A DNA stretch of 64,000 nucleotides from Gammaproteobacteria bacterium (GCA_965215365.1 CBDCDS010000003.1:1856001-1920000); one strand, 5' to 3'. Counted from the stretch's first letter, positions 42,581 through 53,401 are shown. Made by a program: numbers and translations. The notes: generated by a model from the letters alone, not told the origin.

Positions 42581-45231
42581 ACCAACACCAGATACTGGTG
42601 GGATGTCACTGTTCCCTTGTCGCGTATTCCGTGTGATTCGCAGTGAGCAACATTTTCGTCGAATAAATCAGCTGTACGAAACCACCTCCTGCTCACTTTC
42701 TTCAATTCCGATGCCATGTCACACTTAACGCTTTTCCCAAGATGAAATACGCAAACCCCATCTCTCTTTAAGCGTTCTCGGGCTTGCTGGAATATGGTTT
42801 TATAAACGGCGAAGTCTTTTTTCTGTTTTTCTTCAATAAAAGAATTGACTTGATATCTAAAATCATCCTCCGACCAACCTGTGAACCATATTCTAAGCCA
42901 ATTTGCTAAATAAAAACGTGTGCTTCCAAAGAAAGGCGGCGAGGTGACCACAGCATCTACATCGTTGATTTCCCGTGGCCAAACAGCAGTCGTGTCCTGG
43001 TTAAAAATTTTCCCGGGAGTAAAATTGATCGGCAACTCCTTATCCAGCGATCTGTTGACTTTAGCAGTGAGATTTTTGATTAAATCCTTGTATATAAATT
43101 CTCCGTGCGGGGCGTAAGGCACGATCGGATGTGACTGCCTGCTTAACGCATAAGGGCGATTGCCATGCAGGATGTGTAAAAGAGCAGATATAACCAGCAT
43201 TTCGCTGGAGTTTTTCGGATAATTCTCCTTAAAAAATCGCCTTGCAAGTATAATTTCCCTAAGTGTTTTGTCCTCGTAGTATTCTGACAGGGTTTTGTTG
43301 AATCCAAATTTTTTTGCTTCACTTACTTCGCATTCTGAACACTGGTTATATTGGATAAAGCAGCGAAGTCGTTTTATGTAGTTAAAACAGGCATCTCTGG
43401 TGTGTATGGAAACTTTAGCTGATGAGATGTAATAGGCAGGAGCGCTGATATCAATGCCATAGGATTTCGTGCCATTCAGTGCTGCCTCAAACGGTATTGT
43501 TCCTACGCCGCAGAAAGGGTCTAAAACCTTGCCGCCATCAGGGATAAATGTTTTGACCAGGTGATGGGCAATCGCCGGTTTCAGTTTACCTTGATAAGAA
43601 CAGAGTGAGTGCAGGCCATGCCCCCAATTTCTTTTGGAGTACGGAAGTTCTTGATGAGGCAGTCTGTTTTTAAAATCCTGCCACACTTCAGCTTGAAAAA
43701 AAGTGTTGCTACTGCGCTTTCTTTTATCTGTCGGCTTGTTACGTTCAAATACCAGTAAACTCTGGCTGAGTACTTGTTTATTTCTGGACCGGCGTCGGCG
43801 CAACAGCTTCTTTTCCAAGAAGGTATACTCTGACTTTCGCAGTATCTCTGTCAATATTTCATCAGTGGCAATGTGAACTCCGGCAAAGATAGAATCACCA
43901 ATGTCAACCAGTACCTTTGACTGATCCGTCAGATGAGTGGCGAGTTTCAAAAAAACGTCATCCATATCTTCAAAATAGTTACGGGCCATTTCTGGTATAC
44001 GTTGGTCATAGGCGTGCTTGTCGAGCAACAAAAGAGTATTTTTGAGTAGTTCGCTCTTGTTTATTGTTTCATTCTTATTATCTGACACACTTTTTAGCTT
44101 AACGTCATTAATGCCACTCGTTAAAGCTTGATCCCGAAAGTGCCTCAGATCATTCTTGAACTGGATGTAGCGCAAAAACCAAAGCTCAAGTTTGGTGTTA
44201 CGGAAGTAATTTGTACCGTTCAGGTATGGTGGGCTTGTAATGACTGCATCAATTACAAGATCATTTGCAAGATCAATATTTTTAGCATTAGCCACCACGA
44301 ACTCGGGAGCGAGAGCCAGAGCGTAGTCCATTCTCATAATGTCTTCTGCCATTTCAATTAACTTGGCGGGGAGAAACTCACTCAGTTCTGTGTGCTCTTT
44401 TTCCAGTTCCTTTTTCGTTTTGAATCGAACATCACCGGCTTTTTTCAAACGAGAAACAGGAATTAAGCCAGACAAAACTGCAACCGTTATAGCGTCAGCC
44501 AAGAACCTGTTTTTCAGCTTTATTGCGTCTATGTAAGAACGGAGGCGGAGTATGTCAAGATAGACCCTTTCATCGAAATAGATGCTGTTGCCGAATAAAG
44601 CGTGGTAGCTTTGCCGGAGGCGCTTGTCTTCTTCAAAAGATTTGATGCTGGAAAAAATTTGACCAGCAACCTGCCGTAACTGAGCAGCGAGCCTCTGTCG
44701 AACGGGCCCGTCAGAGTGCAGTATTGACAATTTGGCTTGTATCAGAAATTGCAGGAGAGGGTTAACTTCCGAATAAATCGTCTTTATCCCGAGCGGGGCT
44801 GCTGCAAAGATGGTTGTGCCGGTACCAACAAACGGGTCATAAATTGTTTTACAGCTTTCAAGTGAGTAATTTGTGATTAATGCTTTGATATAGTCAGGCG
44901 AATAACCCTCAATATAGGGATACCATCTCTGAAAGGGAACAATTTTACTTCCGGTAAAAGTTATATCCCGTGACCTTATCTTTTCAATGCCGTTAATGTG
45001 CTTCTTGATGAGTCTTTTGGCAACCTGGTTGACAGAGCGTTCTTCTTTTCGAGCAAACAGCTCCAATTGTTTGTAGCTGTTTATGCCGATGATTTCCCTG
45101 ATTTCCTCACTACTGAACCCCTTTACCTTGCCGTAGTAGGGCGCTTCGGGCTCGCTGAAAGCAAGCGTGATAGCTTTTCCGCCTGTGGGGTAATCACTGA
45201 AATAGAGTGATTTGAAGTATTGTTTTGCCAT
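42577..45231 (-). CDS. Tandem double DNA methyltransferase (two N4-C/N6-A domains)
   Basis: DPFVGTGT..ITSPPY and DPFCGVGT..VTSPPF; low GC. Confidence 0.88.
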   Translation of the reverse strand: MAKQYFKSLYFSDYPTGGKAITLAFSEPEAPYYGKVKGFSSEEIREIIGINSYKQLELFARKEERSVNQVAKRLIKKHINGIEKIRSRDITFTGSKIVPFQRWYPYIEGYSPDYIKALITNYSLESCKTIYDPFVGTGTTIFAAAPLGIKTIYSEVNPLLQFLIQAKLSILHSDGPVRQRLAAQLRQVAGQIFSSIKSFEEDKRLRQSYHALFGNSIYFDERVYLDILRLRSYIDAIKLKNRFLADAITVAVLSGLIPVSRLKKAGDVRFKTKKELEKEHTELSEFLPAKLIEMAEDIMRMDYALALAPEFVVANAKNIDLANDLVIDAVITSPPYLNGTNYFRNTKLELWFLRYIQFKNDLRHFRDQALTSGINDVKLKSVSDNKNETINKSELLKNTLLLLDKHAYDQRIPEMARNYFEDMDDVFLKLATHLTDQSKVLVDIGDSIFAGVHIATDEILTEILRKSEYTFLEKKLLRRRRSRNKQVLSQSLLVFERNKPTDKRKRSSNTFFQAEVWQDFKNRLPHQELPYSKRNWGHGLHSLCSYQGKLKPAIAHHLVKTFIPDGGKVLDPFCGVGTIPFEAALNGTKSYGIDISAPAYYISSAKVSIHTRDACFNYIKRLRCFIQYNQCSECEVSEAKKFGFNKTLSEYYEDKTLREIILARRFFKENYPKNSSEMLVISALLHILHGNRPYALSRQSHPIVPYAPHGEFIYKDLIKNLTAKVNRSLDKELPINFTPGKIFNQDTTAVWPREINDVDAVVTSPPFFGSTRFYLANWLRIWFTGWSEDDFRYQVNSFIEEKQKKDFAVYKTIFQQARERLKRDGVCVFHLGKSVKCDMASELKKVSRRWFRTADLFDENVAHCESHGIRDKGTVTSHQYLVLV

Positions 45232-45375
45232 AACTATGGCAAAAATACCATAATATGATGGTTACTTCTAATTTTTATTTATGTGCGCGATCCAACGATA
45301 AAGGTGTTTTACGAATAAGACCCATGACCAATAAAAAATATAGCATCCGGAAGATAGTTCGGTGTGGGTGTAGAA

Positions 45376-46626
45376 TTAACCTCCCCATACAACAAGCCCC
45401 GAATAAAAAATAGCAAACAGCGTCAGCGCCCAGACACAGGCGGCACTGTAGCGGCTCAGTGCCGGTGCGGGTCTGGCGGTCGCGGGCACGTCATCCGAGT
45501 GCATGGCGCGGTGGATGAGCCAGGCCAGCACCGGCGCGGTGAGGAAGGCCAGGGTGCTGGCGATATCGATCAGGGTTTTGAAGGATTGGATGAAGAACAT
45601 CAGGATGGACAGGGATATCAGCACCATTATCAGAATTGTGGCAAGGTAGATTCTGAAATGCTGCTGCGGCGACAACTTCCGCTCCCGGAAGCATTCCACC
45701 AGCGCGCAGACATTGCGCGGGTAGCCATCGTGCAGCACCAGCACCGTGGACAGCATCACCGCAAACGCAGCCAGCGCGATGAGTGGCTCGGTCCACTTCC
45801 CCAGCAGGGAGGTGTAAATGCTGATGAGCTGGGCGGAAAATTCGGCGGGAGAGGGAGAGAACTGCTGGCCGGAACCGTGCATAACTGCGGCACCCAGCAT
45901 GAGGAAGCAGATTGCGGTGAACAGCGTTGAGAAATACCCTACGTGGTAATCCAGTTTGACTTCGCGGCGGGATAACTGGTGTTGTTTATCTTTTTCCAGC
46001 ACCCATAACGACTGCCAGATACAGGTTTCGAACGGCGCCGGCATAAAGCCGATCAAGGCCGCCAGGAACAGCAGGGATGAGCGGTTCAGCACCTCCGGCG
46101 TGAAGATGTCAGCCTGCTGCCATTCCAGCAGCGGCAGGGCCAGCGTAGTGGCGACCAGGGTGGAGACGAACAGTATCAGGAGTAATACCTTGGTGACCCG
46201 GTCCAGCCATCGGTACTGGCCGAACACCAGGCAGGCGCCAGAAACGATACAGACACCGGCGGCCACGGCGCCGAGCGGCAGCTCCAGGCCGAAACTGATC
46301 ACGGCCAGCCCGGATGTGACCAGCACCACCGCCGCAAACCCCGTAAACATCACGCACAGCACTACCAGGGTGCACAATACTATGGCCCAGAGTCCCTGTT
46401 TGCGAAAACCGATCAACAGGTGCTGGCCGGTGGCATGGGCGTACTCATGGCCGAAACGGAACGTCGGGTATTTCAACACGAACGCGAGCAGAATGAACAG
46501 CAACAGGTCTATCCCGTACAAGGCGCCGGCGCGGGTCGCCTGCACCAGGTGTGAGACGCCGATGGCCGCGGCGGCCATGAGCAGGCCGGGGCCGAGGATG
46601 GTGAACAACCGGTAATAGTGTTTCAT
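45376..46626 (-). CDS. NRAMP/APC-superfamily membrane transporter
   Basis: LGPGLLMAAAAIGVSHLVQATRAGA..G.MPAP; ~11 TM segments; start moved to ATG 46626. Confidence 0.8.
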   Translation of the reverse strand: MKHYYRLFTILGPGLLMAAAAIGVSHLVQATRAGALYGIDLLLFILLAFVLKYPTFRFGHEYAHATGQHLLIGFRKQGLWAIVLCTLVVLCVMFTGFAAVVLVTSGLAVISFGLELPLGAVAAGVCIVSGACLVFGQYRWLDRVTKVLLLILFVSTLVATTLALPLLEWQQADIFTPEVLNRSSLLFLAALIGFMPAPFETCIWQSLWVLEKDKQHQLSRREVKLDYHVGYFSTLFTAICFLMLGAAVMHGSGQQFSPSPAEFSAQLISIYTSLLGKWTEPLIALAAFAVMLSTVLVLHDGYPRNVCALVECFRERKLSPQQHFRIYLATILIMVLISLSILMFFIQSFKTLIDIASTLAFLTAPVLAWLIHRAMHSDDVPATARPAPALSRYSAACVWALTLFAIFYSGLVVWGG

Positions 46627-47468
46627 GCCGCTTGGTATTCCTTCTGATTGCCCCCTGATTTTACTGTAATTTTGCTGACATTGCGCTTGCCCAATTCCGC
46701 ATTGTTTCAGCGTTATACCGGCACCAACGCGGTTAACCACTTGCCCGAAGCGCGGCGGATGATTTTTAATCTTCAATTCCCACAATTACCAGCGGCACTG
46801 CCGGCACCCCACGTCCCTGCCTAATAACATTGTACAGCTCTCCTTCGTAGTAAGACACGCCGGAGCTCCCGACTTCGACGGTTTATTTCTCTAACTGATT
46901 GATTTTATTGAAGGCGCGTTGACCCGTAGGCACTACAATTGCCTTGTTTCGGCGTTCTCAGGGGCGGGCTATTTGAGCTCGTAGGGGGTGGTGGAGTGAC
47001 TCAATCCCATGATTTTGTAGAGGCGCCGGGCGGTTTCACTGATGGCGGAGGGAATCACGTAGCGGCGGTGTGTCTGTTGATGTGTCAGGACACTGTGCTG
47101 CACATGGGCCAGCGCGTTGCGGATGACTTCGGGGGAGACCGGCTTGGCTTGCAGGGTCATGCGGTATTGCAGGTGTCGGACACAGAGCAGGGACATAAAG
47201 GCGATGGCGATGTGGGCTTCGATGCGTCGGGGGGTCCAGTGGTAGATGGGTCTTATCTTGAGATCGTGCTTACTTACCCGGAAGGTATCTTCGACCTGCC
47301 ACAGGCCGCGATACTGGCTTAAGATGGCGGGGGCGGTGGTAGATGTTGGCAGGTTGGTGATAACCCCGTGCAGGCCGTCCCAGCGTTGTGCTTGGGCAAT
47401 TTTATCGGGGTTGACGCTGAGGGTACTGTTGCCGTCTACCTTGAGGTATTTCTTATAACCGTAGGTAA

Positions 47469-48986
47469 CTACTCGCCCCCCTTACCCTGATCTCTTGTTC
47501 TGATCTGGTTTTTCTTAACCGTTTTATTTTTGAGCGGTTTTTCCACCATGGTGGCGGCGTCTCCCTTGAGTGCTATCTCGATGGCGGCGAGGGGATTGTA
47601 GCCCTTCAGGGTCATAGACTGCAAGTAGCTGGAGATGCGGCAGTAGGTGTCGGCGTAGGCGGTGGTTCGGAAGCAGCCGGAGACTTTTTGTTTGACTTTA
47701 GCCATACGGATATCGCGTTCGGCGCGGTTGTTGGTGAACGGCACGTTGGGGTCGCGGGCGAAGCGGAGGACTTCGGTTTCGTACTTGACGAGGGCATCAT
47801 GGAGGTTTTGTGCCTCACATTGGGCAATCCGTCCGCGTTGGCCGGTGAGCCGTTTCGGGGGTGTGGGGAGTTCCCGTTTGGCTTGTGTCAGGATAGTCCG
47901 GTAGCGGGTGCGCAGGGACTGGTAGTCGGTCTCGCTGAGTGCCTTGTTTTTATGTGTGCGCACCTGTCGGCAGGTCTTGAGCAGGAGGCGGCTCATACGT
48001 TGGGCCCAGGCATGGCCGTGGGCGTCCTCGATAAAGGCCAAGTTACGCAACAGGTGACTGCCGCACAGGGCATGCTCGCAGTTGTCATAGGCGAAGTAGC
48101 TGGCCCAGCGGTCGTGCACGAGAACACCGCCGTAGCGGGGGACGATGCCGATGTCCTTGAGGGCGTCCCCGCCCCGCTTGCGGTGGCAGTGTTTCAGTAC
48201 CAGGTTCCCGGCACTGGTGCTGTGCAGCCAGTGTTGTGTGCGGTCGATGCGCAAGGAGGTCTCATCGGCGTGCAGCACGGGCTCTGTGAGCAGGCGGGCG
48301 ATAGCCGCCCGCTCCCACCCGGCCAGGGCCTCATGCACCCGCGTGAGCCAGGCCAGTAAGGTCGCCTCGGCGACGGCGCGCCCGGTCAGTGCATGAAGTG
48401 TCTGCGCCGTACGTTTGAGCGAGAGCATTTGGGCCGTTAACAGGTGCGTGGCGAAAGCCACGATGCCAGGGCCGTATTGTAAAGGCCCCGGCATGTCATC
48501 GGGAAACGCCCCGTGGGTCTCAGTGCCACAGCGCGGACAGGTTTTTATCTCGGCGTCAATGGTCAACTCGGTCGTCTCGAAGACTATATCGACCTTGACT
48601 CGTCGCACATGGCCGGTGGGGGCGGTGCCTTTGAGATCATGCCCGCAGGCCCGGCAGCCGGTCACGGGCACCGTGCGGGTCTGAGCCACCACGCGCCGGG
48701 ACGCGCTGGGCACCGTCCCGGTCTGCGGCCCCTTGCCCTGCTTGCCGGGCCGTGTGCGCGCACTGTCATCGGGGTCGGTGCGGGAACTGGGCAGGCTGGA
48801 GTTGTGCGCCCCCTTCGGTGTGGTCTTCTCTAAGAACACCGCCAGCAGCAACTCGAATAGCAGCAACATCGACTCGAACAGCGCACGCCCTTCGGGACTC
48901 AGCGCGCCGTCGGCGCACAACGCCTTAAAACGCATTCGGATGGCCTCGAACTCCGCACGCAATGAGGCCTTGTTCACCGTGGCCAT
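47469..48986 (-). CDS. IS66-family DDE transposase (TnpC-like)
   Basis: NSSLPSS, CRAC/CPRC zinc finger, HADET, VHDRW, CGSHLLR, TNNRAERDIR; stop lies inside the TIR. Confidence 0.93.
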   Translation of the reverse strand: MATVNKASLRAEFEAIRMRFKALCADGALSPEGRALFESMLLLFELLLAVFLEKTTPKGAHNSSLPSSRTDPDDSARTRPGKQGKGPQTGTVPSASRRVVAQTRTVPVTGCRACGHDLKGTAPTGHVRRVKVDIVFETTELTIDAEIKTCPRCGTETHGAFPDDMPGPLQYGPGIVAFATHLLTAQMLSLKRTAQTLHALTGRAVAEATLLAWLTRVHEALAGWERAAIARLLTEPVLHADETSLRIDRTQHWLHSTSAGNLVLKHCHRKRGGDALKDIGIVPRYGGVLVHDRWASYFAYDNCEHALCGSHLLRNLAFIEDAHGHAWAQRMSRLLLKTCRQVRTHKNKALSETDYQSLRTRYRTILTQAKRELPTPPKRLTGQRGRIAQCEAQNLHDALVKYETEVLRFARDPNVPFTNNRAERDIRMAKVKQKVSGCFRTTAYADTYCRISSYLQSMTLKGYNPLAAIEIALKGDAATMVEKPLKNKTVKKNQIRTRDQGKGGE

Positions 48987-49654
48987 GTGCACTGTGCCTC
49001 CACCGCCATCATCGCCGCCAGCACCGCCAGCCGCTCGGCCGGGGGCAAGTCACGATAACGCCGCCCCCAGTTCTCAGCCTTGCGCTTGACCTGCTGGCGG
49101 TGCGTGAAGTTGCGCCCCGCATAGCGCACCCAGTGCACCCGGTCCGGCACAAAATTGAACCAGACCCGCTCGGTCACCACCCCGCCCTGATTCATCACCT
49201 GCAAGGACACACTGCGCCAGCCCGCCAGCACCTCATCATACAAGGCCGAAGGATACCCCGACACCATCACCGCACAGGGCAGCCCCTGCAGTAACGCCAG
49301 CAGCGCCTCATGGTCTGAGTCCTCGTAGTCATACCGGTAACGGTGCCGTGACTTGCGCGTGCTGTGCAGGTAGGGCGGGTCGCTGTACACCAACTCCGTG
49401 CCGTCAAACGGAAAAGTCGCCAACCAGCGGTGACAACACCCCTGCACCAACTCCACCGGATACCCACACGTAAACCCCGCCAACGCCCGCACATCAAGAT
49501 CAATCCCAATGTTGCGCAACGCCGCCGGCTTGCGCTGCATAATCGCCCCGCCGCCTAAGTGTGTCTCAATGTACACACTGTGCGGCGGCATCATCGCAAT
49601 GAGCGGCTGGCACAGACCCGTCGTGGCTTTCGACCCTCGGTACGCATTCCCCAT
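48974..49654 (-). CDS. Small DNA adenine methyltransferase (D12-class-like) inside IS66
   Basis: YRGSK, YIETHLGGGA (motif I), YSDPPY (motif IV), VMVSGY; TTGACA-17-TATGTT lies 7 nt before ATG 49654. Confidence 0.85.
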   Translation of the reverse strand: MGNAYRGSKATTGLCQPLIAMMPPHSVYIETHLGGGAIMQRKPAALRNIGIDLDVRALAGFTCGYPVELVQGCCHRWLATFPFDGTELVYSDPPYLHSTRKSRHRYRYDYEDSDHEALLALLQGLPCAVMVSGYPSALYDEVLAGWRSVSLQVMNQGGVVTERVWFNFVPDRVHWVRYAGRNFTHRQQVKRKAENWGRRYRDLPPAERLAVLAAMMAVEAQCTWPR

Positions 49655-51048
49655 GACGACCAACATAACGCCATGACGCTATGTTGTCAAGGACGCCTTG
49701 ACAAAAAATTCAGTAGAATTAGAGGGAGGGGGCGAGTAGTTACAACCGTAGTTGTTGAGCAGGTCTTTGGGGTTTTGGCTTTTGGCCAGTTTCTCACGGA
49801 GCTTGGCGATGGCCTGGTCGCGGTCATGCCGGTCTTTCCCGGCACGCACTGGGGAGTAGCCCACCACCAGACGGCGGGAGTCGTGGGGTAGGTCCGCCAC
49901 CCGCAGTCCGTCGCTATCTGTCAGGGTCTCATAGCGGTCTTCATCGAGCACTTGGGTTTGCAGGGCGTGCGGCAGGGACTTGAGTCGGGCACCGACGATG
50001 TAGTGCAGGCCGGCGTCCTCTAAGGCGCTGAGGTTATCCCTGCTCAGCAGCCCCCGGTCGGCAACGACCACGGCGTTGTCGGCCTGACAGTCGGTTTGTA
50101 AGGCTTTGACCACCGGGATGAGGCTGTGTCCCTCGAAGGTGGCGCCGGGCAGCACGGTGTAGCGCACGGGCAGGCCGGTGTCGGTGACGGCCAGGGCCAG
50201 CAGCACCTGGCATTCTTTGAACTTGGCGTCTTTGCTGTAGCCGGGTTGTTTGAGCTCATCGTCGGTGAATGATTCAAAGTACAAGGTGGTGCAATCGAAG
50301 AACAGCACGCGTAGCGGCCCGCCGAGCAGCGCCCGGGCTTGGGTCTCGGCCAGGGTATTGAGGCGTTCGATACAGGCCGCATCGAGCAAGTCCATCATGC
50401 GGTAGATTTGGGGCAGGGACACTTGCACGCCGAAGTCGGCTGTCAGGGCGCGCACACTGGCCCGTTTGCTGTCCGGGTTGGCTAGGCGCGCCATCACCGT
50501 ATGGAACAGCGCTTTGTGCGAGGCCCGGTAGCGCCAGGCTGGCAGCAGCCGGGACAGCCCTAAGTCCTCGTACACGGCGCCGTACACCGCATGGATGCCG
50601 CTGATGACACGCTGGGTTTCCCGCAGGGCTTTGAGCTCGACTTTCAGCGGTGAGTCGTCCTGCCGGGCGCGGGCGGCGCTGAGTTGCTCGGCGACATCTT
50701 CGGGCGGGAACAGCTCGGGCTGGGTCTCGGCCTGAAGTTTGGCTTTGACCACTTCGGCTAAGTCTTTGAGCCGGACGAGCTCGTCTTCATCGAAGGCAAT
50801 ACCGATATGGCGCACAATGCGCTGGCGCACGGCCTTGCCGTCACGCACTGACTCGACGAGTTGTACGGATTGACGCGGGCTGTTGGGGGTGGTTTTGACG
50901 CGCACGAACATAGCCCGGAGGATACCACGCGCCGCCCACAATGTCAAGCTACAAATATCAACTAGGCACTACAACTGCCTGCTCCAAAACACGTTTTGAT
51001 TTACAAGAGATTTTCAGATAAAGTAAGCACCAGACCGTCGAAGTCGGG

Positions 51049-51200
51049 AAGAAATTGTACGTAGTCTCCGCACCTCCCAATGCGCCGGCACCTCCCCCAG
51101 CCACTCAACCCCGGAGGGCTTGAGGCGAACATTCGGGTCGAGCCCCCGGGTTACTGCACGCTGGATGAAGGCTTGTCGCTGTTCCTCGCTGGAAGGCTTG
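51049..51200 (-). pseudogene. Type I R-M specificity subunit (HsdS) fragment cut by IS1634
   Basis: I.RAVTRGLDPNVRLKPSGVEWLGEVPAHWEVRRL conserved HsdS repeat segment. Confidence 0.75.
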
Positions 51201-51231
51201 TAGGCGGTGTAGAGAGTTGGCTTCAAAGTTT

Positions 51232-52701
51232 TCAATCCCGCATGAATGATTGGGATAACTCGATCAACTCGGAAAGATGAGTAATAGTCTCTTTAGAAAA
51301 AGCACCTGGGTCAATACCAGGTTGACGGTACGGGGCAAGAAAAGCGAGGAGGTTTCGTATTCTTTCTACATCTGATTTTTGGGTTAACTCGGATAAGTAG
51401 GGCGTCCGAGCTGTTTGCCGTTCGTTTTGTAAGTTTTCAAATAGACGTTCCAGCTCAGCTATGGATTTGCTTTTGTTTTCCGAATATGTTCTATCAACCA
51501 GATATAAACTGATTTCAAAGTCATTGAAAATTCTTGCTGATGCACGGTCCCGGTTTTCAAAGGGAAACAATTCGTCGATATAGTTCATCACCTCACTGCC
51601 CGTCCGGTCACCTCGAATGTATTCCTGATAAAGCGTTTTGTTCTTCAATCGCAAGAGTATCAACAAGGAGAGAAGTGGTTGTGAAATCAAACCGGTTGTC
51701 ATGCTGGTTTTTCCTATGAAAACGATCAACCGGACACAGTAATCAATATCGCGCAGTGACAAGCCGAAGTGACCGCATAATACGGGCAGGAACCTGCTGA
51801 ACCGTTCAAAACCATCGAAATAAGCTCTCAGTCTTGTACTCTCACTCAGCATGATATAGAACTTCTTAAGTTGGTATCGTTCAATCAGATATTGATAGAA
51901 AACCTTTGAGTCTATGTCCGGCAGCAAAAACTCCATGTCAAAGAAACGTCGCAGGTAAATGTCCGCGTCGATTTCACCATAGACTGACCGGATAGATGAA
52001 CACAACTCGTCGCGGTTGATCCCGAATACAAAAACCATATCAGGAATGTCAAAGATATGTTTGACGCGTTCAAGCAATTCGATGGCAAAGGTAGGGCGGC
52101 AGCGGTCCAGTTCATCAATGATGAACACCAGAGGATGTTCGGTGTCTGCCTTGACCTTCCCCGATAATTCTTGCAATACTGCTTTGAGCTCGTTCTTTTT
52201 TTCTCTTTGCTGAGAATACTCATTCAAAGTCCGGTCTGCGAGTTGTTCCAGAATTCCATCAAGGTTTACACCGCTGACTTTGTGCAAGCTACCCTTGGCG
52301 CCTTGAATTAGCAGAGATTTTGCGGCCTCCTTGATTTTTCCAGATAGTTCTTGCTGCTCCTTGCGTTCCAAAAAATCAGACAACTGGCCGATGATCGCGA
52401 CCAGCGGGTCATCACAAAAATCATCTTCCCATGCGTTGAAGTAGATGGCCCGAAAGTTGTCACGTTCCAACTGCTGTTGCCAGCGTTTAAGCAAAAACGT
52501 CTTGCCCGTGCCCCATTGTCCGTGCAGACTGATAACCAATGAAGCAGATTGCCCGCTGATGAGCTTCGTCAGCTTTTCAGCGACGTCAGACCGTTTCAAT
52601 ACATCATCTGCCCACGGGTTGTTCTCCTGAACTGCCGGTTCGGGCAATTTCAGTTGAAGCGTCTCTTTAAGGTCTTGGGTTTTGGGCGGGTTGTCGTTCA
52701 T
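51232..52701 (-). CDS. KAP-family P-loop NTPase
   Basis: GQWGTGKT, FNAW, IIDELDRCRP, YLRRFFD. Confidence 0.88.
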   Translation of the reverse strand: MNDNPPKTQDLKETLQLKLPEPAVQENNPWADDVLKRSDVAEKLTKLISGQSASLVISLHGQWGTGKTFLLKRWQQQLERDNFRAIYFNAWEDDFCDDPLVAIIGQLSDFLERKEQQELSGKIKEAAKSLLIQGAKGSLHKVSGVNLDGILEQLADRTLNEYSQQREKKNELKAVLQELSGKVKADTEHPLVFIIDELDRCRPTFAIELLERVKHIFDIPDMVFVFGINRDELCSSIRSVYGEIDADIYLRRFFDMEFLLPDIDSKVFYQYLIERYQLKKFYIMLSESTRLRAYFDGFERFSRFLPVLCGHFGLSLRDIDYCVRLIVFIGKTSMTTGLISQPLLSLLILLRLKNKTLYQEYIRGDRTGSEVMNYIDELFPFENRDRASARIFNDFEISLYLVDRTYSENKSKSIAELERLFENLQNERQTARTPYLSELTQKSDVERIRNLLAFLAPYRQPGIDPGAFSKETITHLSELIELSQSFMRD

Positions 52702-52735
52702 TGATTCAAGTGATACGGTTCTGCGGCGAGGTATA

Positions 52736-53398
52736 TCATGTCCTAATTTCTAATGTCCCGTTTCCATCCAGTTTGTACAGCTCACTCATTTGTGCTGAAA
52801 ATTGTGTCTGCCCGCCATAACTGGGATGCCGCACCTTAATGACTTCGTGCCGGCTTCTCAGGTGGCATGCTGTACGCGCTGCATCGTTGCCGATTGCAAC
52901 AAGCCGGCTTGGTTTCAAAAGCATGATAAGTTCAGAGAGAAATTCTTCCCCGGCCTTGCGTTCGCGAGCGTTATGGGAGCGATTACTGAAAGGACTGCCA
53001 GGCTCATAAGGATGTAGTGGGAAGACATTCCAGAGAAAAACAGACACTTTAATCTGTGAGAGAACGCGCCAGATAACGGCCGCAGTCTGTTCAGCAACTA
53101 TCTTACCCTTTGTTGGCCGATCAATTGACAACCTCCAACGTTCACCGTGGACTTTAATATGCACATCGTCTGTTAAGGCTAATCCAGTCCGTCTGCCCCC
53201 ACGATAGCCGAGGTCTCTCCCAATCCAGATTGAATCAACTTCCCGCTCAGTAGCCGCCTCAAGCATAGCCTGTAATATCTGTGATCGAGTAAGAGGTGCT
53301 TCATCCATATCGTGAATGGCGCATCGATTTGAATAAGGATTGAACGTATTTGCAAAATTCAGCTTACTTAACGCGTCAACATACTGCGCCGGTGTCAC
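52736..53398 (-). CDS. Uracil-DNA glycosylase superfamily protein
   Basis: FNPY, GRDLGYRGGRRTGLALT, WNVFPLHP..NR, VAIG..A, RHPSYGG. Confidence 0.8.
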   Translation of the reverse strand: MTPAQYVDALSKLNFANTFNPYSNRCAIHDMDEAPLTRSQILQAMLEAATEREVDSIWIGRDLGYRGGRRTGLALTDDVHIKVHGERWRLSIDRPTKGKIVAEQTAAVIWRVLSQIKVSVFLWNVFPLHPYEPGSPFSNRSHNARERKAGEEFLSELIMLLKPSRLVAIGNDAARTACHLRSRHEVIKVRHPSYGGQTQFSAQMSELYKLDGNGTLEIRT

Positions 53399-53401
53399 AT
53401 T

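Larger units (their letters stand above)
47465..49743 (-). mobile_element. IS66-family element (2279 bp) with a passenger methyltransferase
   Basis: 16-bp TIR GTAACTACTCGCCCCC; 8-bp target duplication AACCGTAG at 47457-47464 and 49744-49751. Confidence 0.93.
46969..50911 (-). pseudogene. IS1634-family transposase split in two (50911-49744 and 47464-46969)
   Basis: FFDCTTLYF, GYSKD, VVADRG in the N-part; LWQVEDTFRV.K.DL.IRPIYHW..RIEAH in the C-part; junction matches the uninterrupted copy 2. Confidence 0.88.
46868..51048 (-). mobile_element. IS1634-family element, copy 1, interrupted by IS66
   Basis: 15-bp TIR CCCGACTTCGACGGT at 46868-46882 and 51034-51048; flanks GGAGCT / AAGAAA are not a matching duplication. 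Confidence 0.88.
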
